Shown here: positions 26,402 to 31,828 of the stretch, piece by piece | How the letters are laid out: each line of letters opens with the position of its first letter | How positions within the stretch are numbered: the first letter of the stretch is position 1 | From: a virus | Virus record (IMG/VR): IMGVR_UViG_3300045988_051055 | Location: 1 to 40,772 of that record | DNA: 40,772 nucleotides | Reading direction: 5' to 3' (one strand) | Notes under the pieces: model-generated | Database searches by the model: none | Told to the model about the DNA's origin: nothing | Seen by the model: only the letters and a program-made list of their open reading frames with translations | Translations under genes and position numbers: made by a program

Positions 26402-26567
26402 CTTCGGTCTCCTCCAATTCTTCAAAATACATTTCCTCCGCCCCGCACTCGGGGCAGTAAAGGTCTGTCCGCCACTCGACGCCGTTCTCGCCGTCGAGGT
26501 TCTCGCGTACCTGATAAGTGTCCGGCTCAAAGAAGATCGCTCCGCAGGCTTCGCATTTGTAGACCAT
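26394..26567 (-). CDS. Zinc-ribbon micro-protein (57 aa) MVYKCEACGAIFFEPDTYQ...LYCPECGAEEMYFEE
   Basis: Hand-translated. CxxC...CxxC pattern; overlaps the next start. Confidence 0.55.
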   Translation of the reverse strand: MVYKCEACGAIFFEPDTYQVRENLDGENGVEWRTDLYCPECGAEEMYFEELEETEDG

Positions 26568-26572
26568 GTAAA

Positions 26573-26878
26573 TTACGACCTCCCCGCTTTCCGTATCATC
26601 TCCGACAGGCCGTATGTCCGCCCGACAATGGACGCTATCCGCGCCATCTCGATCTTGCGAAGCACCTCGGCTTCTGCCGGATCGTTTGATAAGTAGTAGC
26701 CCTTGCCAAAGTTCATAATGCAGTATTCATCGCCGTCCTCCTCGCATCGTGCCGCCTCGATCACCTTGCGCAAGTGCCGGTCTGTCCAACCGGTCATTTC
26801 GCAGAGCTGCCAACGGCGCAGCGCGTTCTGAGCGCCGACGCGAAGATGGTTTCGCAGAGTGATAACATCGTCCGTCAT
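26573..26878 (-). CDS. Hypothetical (winged-helix-like?) protein (101 aa)
   Basis: ORF track. GAGGTG RBS, ATGA coupling. Confidence 0.5.
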   Translation of the reverse strand: MTDDVITLRNHLRVGAQNALRRWQLCEMTGWTDRHLRKVIEAARCEEDGDEYCIMNFGKGYYLSNDPAEAEVLRKIEMARIASIVGRTYGLSEMIRKAGRS

Positions 26879-27558
26879 GGCGACACCTCGGTAAACTCTC
26901 CATCAATAAGTTTGTACCATGCGTCAGCCTTGATCCGCTCGCCGTCAACATACTCGGTCTTAACGCATTTTGGAACGCACCTATTCTTGGCTTCGGAATA
27001 TTCCCATTCAGCAAGAGTAATCCAGCTCCCCGCTTTTGCTTTAACCGCAGAGTCGTGACCTGCGCAGCAGATAACCGAGTCTTCTCCCGAGCTTTCGATC
27101 TTGGCGTAGTCGCCGCTGCTGCCGATCTGAACGGAGTAGCCGCTGCTGCCGATCTTGGCGTAGTCGCCGCTGCTGCCGATCTTGGCGGAGTCGCCGATGC
27201 TAACGGTAGAATTTGGCGCTTTTCCAATCGTTTCTTCCTTGAGATAATCGATGCAAGCTTTGACAAATCCGGGCAAGCCGAGCTTTACGCCAATGTGAAT
27301 CTTTTTCGTGGCGAATTTCCCGCCATCACCCGATACGGGCTCTTCCAAAGATTTAACTGCTGCAAAGTCGCTGACTTTTCCGCTATCATTTACAAGCGGG
27401 TAAAAATTAAGCACATCAAAAGGATTAACGCAATAATGCATCATACCTTTTTCACAAATCTCGCCGCCCTCTTCTTCATAGTCTGTGTTTTCCTGATACT
27501 GTTTCCCTTTGCAGATCATGCCAGGTTCAAAGGCTTTGTAGCCGTTCAAATTATCCAT
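26875..27558 (-). CDS. Repeat-containing protein, DUF7666-like N-terminus plus 9-aa GxxAxIGSS repeats (227 aa)
   Basis: ATG at 27558 follows GGAGGAAAACA. Begins MDNLNGYKAFEPGMICKGKQYQ. Repeat run is GDSAKIGSSGDYAKIGSSGYSVQIGSSGDYAKIESSGEDSV. Confidence 0.6.
   Translation of the reverse strand: MDNLNGYKAFEPGMICKGKQYQENTDYEEEGGEICEKGMMHYCVNPFDVLNFYPLVNDSGKVSDFAAVKSLEEPVSGDGGKFATKKIHIGVKLGLPGFVKACIDYLKEETIGKAPNSTVSIGDSAKIGSSGDYAKIGSSGYSVQIGSSGDYAKIESSGEDSVICCAGHDSAVKAKAGSWITLAEWEYSEAKNRCVPKCVKTEYVDGERIKADAWYKLIDGEFTEVSP
27097..27204. repeat. 27-nt tandem repeat x4 (coding)
   Basis: gatcttggcgtagtcgccgctgctgcc units. Units 1 and 3 are identical, units 2 and 4 diverged. In frame with the 9-aa repeat. 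Confidence 0.9.
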
Positions 27559-28078
27559 TGTTTTCCTCCATATAAACATAAGCGGTTTGGACGCCAAACT
27601 CCCGCGCGGCCTGATGGTCGTCAAAGAACACGTCGATGCGGTTTTCCTTGATCGCGCCGCCGCAATCCTCGGCGGTGTATGTATGGCTCGTGCCGTCGGC
27701 AAAGTAGATCGTGACAGAGGAGCCGTAAGGGATCACGCGAGGGTCAACCGCAATCGTGCGCCCCTCGGTGGCGGTCGTGCCGGTCGCCGTGATGCCGTCG
27801 TCCTTGCCGCAGCACTTCATGCACGGGCAATAGGCGGTCAGCCGGAACTCACCGAGCGGTTCGCCGATGTCGAGCACTGCGCATCCTTCTGCCGGCTTGT
27901 CCTCGCCGAAGAGCTTGTCCTCGATGACCGGCGGTTCGCCCTTGTACGGCTGCCCGGTGGTCTTGACCGTTAAGGCTGCGACGATGATAAGCAGCACCGC
28001 GAGGAACAGGCAGACGGCGGCGATGCGCGCCGAAGCGTCGGCCTTGCGCTGCTCGCGGGTGCGCCGGTCGCGCCTCAT
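27551..28078 (-). CDS. Membrane-anchored 3D-domain (RlpA/MltA-like double-psi beta-barrel) cell-wall protein (175 aa)
   Basis: ATG at 28078 follows GGAGGGAAGGGC. TM segment IAAVCLFLAVLLIIVAAL. 3D-domain pattern FRLTAYCPC..C.G...ITATGTTATEGRTIAVDPRVIPYGS...YTAEDCGGAIKENRIDVFF. Confidence 0.8.
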   Translation of the reverse strand: MRRDRRTREQRKADASARIAAVCLFLAVLLIIVAALTVKTTGQPYKGEPPVIEDKLFGEDKPAEGCAVLDIGEPLGEFRLTAYCPCMKCCGKDDGITATGTTATEGRTIAVDPRVIPYGSSVTIYFADGTSHTYTAEDCGGAIKENRIDVFFDDHQAAREFGVQTAYVYMEENNG

Positions 28079-28161
28079 GCCCTTCCCTCCAGCTTGTCCA
28101 GCGCCCGCATAAACCAATGCGTCACGGTGCCAATGCCGATAAAGATAAACAGCGTGCTCAT
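28075..28161 (-). CDS. Micro-ORF (28 aa) MSTLFIFIGIGTVTHWFMRALDKLEGRA (hydrophobic)
   Basis: Hand-translated. ATGA overlaps on both sides. Confidence 0.35.
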   Translation of the reverse strand: MSTLFIFIGIGTVTHWFMRALDKLEGRA

Positions 28162-28307
28162 GCCTTTTCCCCCTTCTTCTCGTTCGGCACAAGGCCGACA
28201 AACTCAAGGCCGCGACCGCGTGCATAAATCTCGCCTATAATCGTCCCCAGCTTTACAGGGTCAGGGGGCGTGACCCAAATGATCTTGTACTCTGGCTTTT
28301 TTCTCAT
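28158..28307 (-). CDS. Micro-ORF (49 aa) MRKKPEYKIIWVTPPDPVKLGTIIGEIYARGRGLEFVGLVPNEKKGEKA
   Basis: Hand-translated. GAAAGGAAAAGG RBS, ATGA coupling downstream. Confidence 0.4.
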   Translation of the reverse strand: MRKKPEYKIIWVTPPDPVKLGTIIGEIYARGRGLEFVGLVPNEKKGEKA

Positions 28308-28375
28308 TGCCTTTTCCTTTCTCCCGTGCTACAATAAGCACGGACACAATATCTTGTGGTAAGATTTGTCCGGTT

Positions 28376-28413
28376 GCCCTGTTCGGCCTGCTACGCTGAA
28401 CAGGGCTTTTCTT
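28376..28413 (+). terminator. Hairpin with a plus-strand T-tract inside the minus-strand early operon
   Basis: GCCCTGTTC-13 nt-GAACAGGGC followed by TTTTCTT. No U-tract in the minus orientation. Confidence 0.45.
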
Positions 28414-28421
28414 ATGCCATT

Positions 28422-28787
28422 TCATTCAATCGGCTCCAAGTCAAAAATGCTGTCGGGGTAAAAGCTCCAACTCCCGAATCGGGATTTGCTGCACTGTGCG
28501 TCATAAAGCCACTCATTCAGCTCGATTTTCTTGGAAGTCAGCGCTGCATCTTCCACGGCGTTTTTCGCTTCGTGCATTTCGATGTATGCCTTCTGGCGGT
28601 TAAAGTTATTAATGTTCTGTGGCGTTTCGAGCACGCCCACAAGGATAACCACTACCGCCGTGACTATGGCAATGATAGAGATTACTTCTACTGCCAACAG
28701 GCACAAAGAGGAATCTATCTTTCCCTCAAGCCAATGTGAAACGCAGATGCCGATGATGCCGAAAACAATCACAATAATCCAGTTCAT
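28422..28787 (-). CDS. Two-TM membrane protein (121 aa), AT-rich
   Basis: MNWIIVIVFGIIGICVSHW and VEVISIIAIVTAVVVILVGVL segments. GGAAGGAGAG RBS. Second gene of the early transcript. Confidence 0.6.
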   Translation of the reverse strand: MNWIIVIVFGIIGICVSHWLEGKIDSSLCLLAVEVISIIAIVTAVVVILVGVLETPQNINNFNRQKAYIEMHEAKNAVEDAALTSKKIELNEWLYDAQCSKSRFGSWSFYPDSIFDLEPIE

Positions 28788-28804
28788 ACTCTCTCCTTCC
28801 TCCT

Positions 28805-28996
28805 TTACTTTTCATCGGGCTTTAAAAGCTCGTCCACGGTCACGCCGTACATTTTCGCCAGTTTTTTGTGGTACTTCCGCAACGGTCGCCAGTCGCCAAG
28901 CTCCCAATGCGTCACGCAGGATGGGTCAACATTCAGTTTCTTCGCCACCTGTGCGCGGGTCAGTCCGGAGCGTTCTCGCAGCTCTCTCAATGTCAA
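28805..28996 (-). CDS. Cro-like XRE HTH protein (63 aa), TTG start
   Basis: TLRELRERSGLTRAQVAKKLNVDPSCVTHWELG. GGGAGGA lies 7 nt upstream. First gene of the minus-strand early operon, divergent from the plus-strand switch elements. Confidence 0.75.
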   Translation of the reverse strand: MTLRELRERSGLTRAQVAKKLNVDPSCVTHWELGDWRPLRKYHKKLAKMYGVTVDELLKPDEK

Positions 28997-29025
28997 ATTT
29001 GCGTCCTCCCTTCATTGTGAGTTAT

Positions 29026-29043
29026 CATTGACTGCGGCAGGGA
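29026..29043. repeat. 18-nt inverted-repeat arm 1 (CATTGACTGCGGCAGGGA)
   Basis: Its reverse complement occurs at 29435..29452 (17/18 identical). Overlaps the -35 of the plus-strand promoter. Confidence 0.9.
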
Positions 29044-29056
29044 GATTTGCTATACT
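29028..29056 (+). promoter_or_regulatory. Consensus sigma70-type promoter (lysogenic side of the switch)
   Basis: TTGACT (29028-33), 17-nt spacer, TATACT (29051-56). Its -10 overlaps back-to-back a minus-strand TATAGC / TTGCCC pair that could drive cro. Confidence 0.7.
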
Positions 29057-29062
29057 GCCATT

Positions 29063-29435
29063 AGCCCTCTTTGGGCAACTTCAAAGGAGGTGGTTTTCGT
29101 GACCAACCTTTTGATTTTGCCTGTTCCCTTCCCGTCGGGTCGCAACAGCGGTGCCAAAGCGCGTTAAACTGGCTAAATGTAGCAACTGATACGGCGGAGC
29201 ACTCAGTGAAGAGGTTAAAACTCACGGTGATATGCCAGTAATCATATCCCACCGTATCGGGTACTCCCGATGGCTTACCAGCGAGAAGGCCATGCGCAGA
29301 ACCAAAACTGCGAAAGTGGTAAGGCTCCCGAAGAACCTGTAGGCTGTTGCAGGCGGCGAAAGCCTGCAAGGGGCATTGGGTAAACAAATTTGGACATTGG
29401 CCGGTGAGGACAGCCCCTCGCCGGTCTTATGTTTT
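29063..29435 (+). ncRNA. Candidate structured non-coding RNA (~375 nt), family not recognised
   Basis: Bounded by the promoter above and a terminator (stem 29399-29409/29416-29426, then TTATGTTTT). Several hand-paired helices, listed in the findings. No credible ORF on either strand. Confidence 0.55.
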
Positions 29436-29452
29436 CCCCGCCGCAGTCAATG
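29435..29452. repeat. 18-nt inverted-repeat arm 2
   Basis: tccccgccgcagtcaatg is the reverse complement of CATTGACTGCGGCGGGGA. Confidence 0.9.
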
Positions 29453-29486
29453 CCCACCGAAACCTCATAAACATGAGAAATCACAC

Positions 29487-29515
29487 TTGACACCGCCCCG
29501 AAAGCGTATTACAAT
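29487..29515 (+). promoter_or_regulatory. Second consensus sigma70-type promoter
   Basis: TTGACA (29487-92), 17-nt spacer, TACAAT (29510-15). Confidence 0.7.
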
Positions 29516-29613
29516 GAAATCGCCAAAAGACATTGCAAAAGCCGCTTTTATGGGGGGCTGGTTTTTGTGTACCATTTTTTCGGTTGGCATGGTTATATGA
29601 TACCTCACTTTGC

Positions 29614-29646
29614 GGGGTAAGTCAATACTTGATACCCCATTTTTTT
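29614..29646 (+). terminator. Strong intrinsic terminator in the leader of the repressor-like gene
   Basis: GGGGTA(ag)TCAA-TAC-TTGATACCCC followed by A+T7. It is followed by a second hairpin GGGTTTT-GGC-AAAACCC and then the RBS. Confidence 0.8.
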
Positions 29647-29682
29647 GGGTTTTGGCAAAACCCACAAATTGAGGTGCGCGTT

Positions 29683-30063
29683 TTGATAAGATATGATAGA
29701 ATTCAAGAGCTTGTAAATCTTTGCGGGAAAAAGAAAAGCTTCCTTAGCGAAGCAATGGGGTTCTCATCGAGATATTTAATTGATGCCAAAAAGCAAAACA
29801 CAAATATCGCCGATGAACCGTTGCAAATTCTCGCAAAAGAGCTTAAAACCACTCCTGAATACCTCCGTGGCGAAACGGATGACCCGGGCATAAATGAAGC
29901 CCTCGATCCGAAGACCGAGGGCGTAAAAAAAGCCCTCGCCACAGAGGGCGAGGACTATACGGAGTTGCAGAAGGCCGCTATTCAGTTTGTGTTGTCATTG
30001 CCGCCGGAAAAGCTGGAGCGATTTATAAAAATGGGCCGCGCTGCTTTTGAGGAAGACCAATGA
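29683..30063 (+). CDS. XRE-family repressor-like protein (CI candidate) (126 aa), TTG start
   Basis: TTG lies 5 nt after GAGGTG. HTH segment KSFLSEAMGFSSRYLIDAKKQNTN...LAKELKTTPEYLRGETDDP. Divergent from the cro-like gene. Confidence 0.75.
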   Translation: MIRYDRIQELVNLCGKKKSFLSEAMGFSSRYLIDAKKQNTNIADEPLQILAKELKTTPEYLRGETDDPGINEALDPKTEGVKKALATEGEDYTELQKAAIQFVLSLPPEKLERFIKMGRAAFEEDQ

Positions 30064-30431
30064 AAGAAATAATCATTTCACTCGGCTGTGCTGCTATTTC
30101 CGGCATTGTCGCATGGGTCGTTGCAAAGCAAGCGGCAAAGGCAGAAATAAAGAAGCTGCAAACAATATGGGCGCACGAAAAGGAAACGGCCTGCGATGCC
30201 GATTTTGACAAAATGGTATCTGCCGTTTCCCTTTACGCAAAATACCCGTCTCCGAATGATTTCCATGCCGCGACCGATGCCGTCGCCGTTTATCGGGCAA
30301 GGGCAACCGAGGAAATGGCGGTCGAGGTCGACAAACTCAGCGAATTGATAGAGCGGTTCAAACCAAATTGCGACGCGATCTTGAAGCAGTTAAATGCCGT
30401 GATCGAGTGCAAGCGGAAAGCCAACGGTTAA
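30060..30431 (+). CDS. N-terminally membrane-anchored protein co-transcribed with the repressor (123 aa)
   Basis: ATGA overlap with the repressor stop. TM segment IIISLGCAAISGIVAWVVA. This is a typical position for a superinfection-exclusion gene; that reading is inference. Confidence 0.6.
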   Translation: MKEIIISLGCAAISGIVAWVVAKQAAKAEIKKLQTIWAHEKETACDADFDKMVSAVSLYAKYPSPNDFHAATDAVAVYRARATEEMAVEVDKLSELIERFKPNCDAILKQLNAVIECKRKANG

Positions 30432-30604
30432 AATGCGGCCTTTCCGGCTTCGCCCTCTTTCCAAAACACTTCAAGTTCCCCGGTAAACAGGTTTCGCGCC
30501 ATTCGGTAAAGCTCGGTCATTGCGGTCTCGCGATCCATGCCGTCACATTCCAGGCCGATTTCATACTCGGCGCCTTTTTCTTTACTGATCGCCCAAATTT
30601 TCAT
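30428..30604 (-). CDS. Micro-ORF (58 aa) MKIWAISKEKGAEYEIGLECDGMDRETAMTELYRMARNLFTGELEVFWKEGEAGKAAF
   Basis: Hand-translated. GGAGGC RBS, ATGA coupling. Convergent with 30060..30431, with a 4-nt overlap. Confidence 0.45.
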   Translation of the reverse strand: MKIWAISKEKGAEYEIGLECDGMDRETAMTELYRMARNLFTGELEVFWKEGEAGKAAF

Positions 30605-30723
30605 TTTAGAGCCTCCATGATTTTTTGAAGTTGTTCGTCGGATAACTTTTGGATTAAGTCAAAGGCTTCTGCCAGCATTTCTTGATACTCTATTGTATCA
30701 CATTTTGCGTCGTTACACAACAT
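30601..30723 (-). CDS. Micro-ORF (40 aa) MLCNDAKCDTIEYQEMLAEAFDLIQKLSDEQLQKIMEALK
   Basis: Hand-translated. GGAGGGA RBS. Confidence 0.4.
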   Translation of the reverse strand: MLCNDAKCDTIEYQEMLAEAFDLIQKLSDEQLQKIMEALK

Positions 30724-30865
30724 CTTGCGTCCCTCCGTTTGGCTCTAAGGCTATTTTTTGCTCCTCCTCCGCGAGGATGCGCTCAATCAGCGCGAGCATT
30801 TCGTCTTTCTGCTTCGGCGTTAGGAGCAGATAAAGAGCCGCCGCCGCTTGCACCTGTGCGTCCAT
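30713..30865 (-). CDS. Micro-ORF (50 aa) MDAQVQAAAALYLLLTPKQKDEMLALIERILAEEEQKIALEPNGGTQDVV
   Basis: Hand-translated. AAGGAGGTC RBS lies 7 nt upstream. Confidence 0.45.
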   Translation of the reverse strand: MDAQVQAAAALYLLLTPKQKDEMLALIERILAEEEQKIALEPNGGTQDVV

Positions 30866-31049
30866 GATTTGACCTCCTTTTCGGTATTCATATCTATTCC
30901 CACAACAGGCGTTTGCTGCACGGCGCTGTGCAACAATTTAGAAATATTGTGGAGCGGCGCGCAGCCGCGGGATCACTTTTTATTTTACTATATGTCGATT
31001 ATTGCACTTTGTGCAGTCGAAAATATAAACCAAAAAGGTGGTGCACCAA

Positions 31050-31202
31050 ATGGCGAAGAGCAAAATCCCCGGCCTGTCCTTTAGCTGGAAACGTGCGCTC
31101 GGAATCACGAAGATGAAAAGGAAAATTTCAAAAGGAACTGGGATCCCAACGACCAAAGCAGGGCGGCAAAGAAAACTTGGCAAGCTCCTTGGTATGAAGT
31201 AA
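31050..31202 (+). CDS. Small highly basic protein (50 aa) MAKSKIPGLSFSWKRALGITKMKRKISKGTGIPTTKAGRQRKLGKLLGMK
   Basis: Hand-translated. AAAGGTGGTG RBS, candidate promoter TTGCAC-16-TATAAA upstream, and its own terminator. Confidence 0.55.
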   Translation: MAKSKIPGLSFSWKRALGITKMKRKISKGTGIPTTKAGRQRKLGKLLGMK

Positions 31203-31206
31203 GGTT

Positions 31207-31244
31207 AGCCCTCGCCGCCTCTGCAACAACGGCGAGGGCTTTTT
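31207..31244 (+). terminator. Intrinsic terminator
   Basis: AGCCCTCGCCG-12 nt-CGGCGAGGGCT followed by TTTT. Confidence 0.85.
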
Positions 31245-31295
31245 GCAGCCAGCGGGGACCGGTCGCTGCTGCTTGTCTTTACCGTAGCCCACTTT

Positions 31296-31320
31296 GGCTT
31301 GGCAATTCAATGCCAAAGCC
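31296..31320. other. attP/operator candidate A: inverted repeat upstream of the HTH-int operon
   Basis: GGCTTGGCA-attcaa-TGCCAAAGCC, followed by the direct repeat GCTCGACA-tg-GCTCGACA at 31336..31353. Confidence 0.25.
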
Positions 31321-31408
31321 TTGCAATAAAACAGCGCTCGACATGGCTCGACAAGCCCTCATCTTGCGACTTTGCGGCGCGAAAATCGAAAAAATTAAGG
31401 TGGCGTAA

Positions 31409-31828
31409 ATGAACATCCAAGAAGTGTGTAGAATCCGTAAAGAAGAATTGAAACTGACCTATCAGGAAATTTCCGACGTTTCCGGCGTACCGCTGTCCAC
31501 CGTGCAGAATTTCTTTTCCAAGTTTTCAAAAGCTCCGTCCATCTACACCGTCGCGCCGATCTGCAAAGCGCTTGGAATATCGCTTGATGAAGCGTTCGGG
31601 ATTTCCGAACACTTGACGCCGACCGAGAAAACCTTGCAAGCGCGGAATGATGAGCTGGAACGCCATGTTGACGCAAAGGCCGATACCATTGAGATCATGC
31701 GGCGCGGTGTGCGTATCCGCAATGGCGTGATTGCTATATTGTTCCTCATCACCGTTTTTCTCGCTGCGTGGTGCGTGTACATCGATTTCCATTGCATAGA
31801 TTACGGATTTTGGAGGGGGGTTCGATGA
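31409..31828 (+). CDS. XRE HTH protein with coiled coil and C-terminal TM anchor (139 aa)
   Basis: AAGGTGG RBS. HTH segment LTYQEISDVSGVPLSTVQNFFS. TM segment VIAILFLITVFLAAWCVYI. ATGA overlap with the integrase start. Confidence 0.75.
   Translation: MNIQEVCRIRKEELKLTYQEISDVSGVPLSTVQNFFSKFSKAPSIYTVAPICKALGISLDEAFGISEHLTPTEKTLQARNDELERHVDAKADTIEIMRRGVRIRNGVIAILFLITVFLAAWCVYIDFHCIDYGFWRGVR

Noticed and set aside
27097-27204. Regular 27-nt repeats that could be mistaken for a CRISPR-like array.
   Set aside because: The units are contiguous with no spacers, lie in frame inside a coding gene and encode a 9-aa protein repeat.
29125-29345. Possible identity of the switch RNA with a known riboswitch. 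Local strings resemble cobalamin-riboswitch pieces (GGTGCCAAAGC, GCAACTGATA, GAGAAGGCC, CCCGAAGAACCTG) and M-box pieces (GGTAAGGCTCC, TTGGGTAAACA).
   Set aside because: The most conserved cobalamin elements (AGGGAA, GCCACTG, the ...CCTGCC end of the B12 box) are absent. The helices expected for either family do not form with these strings. Finding partial matches to two unrelated families suggests chance. It needs cmscan, so no family is called.
29061-29600. ORF-track entries in the switch region: 29061..29387 (-) 108 aa, 29275..29493 (-) 72 aa, 29376..29600 (+) 74 aa. Also a 22-aa GTG ORF after the AAGGAGG at 29085.
   Set aside because: The long ORFs have no SD, use non-ATG starts, overlap each other and span promoters and terminators. 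The 22-aa ORF has its SD buried in a hairpin and an unremarkable sequence. The region is treated as non-coding, but conservation analysis could revise this.
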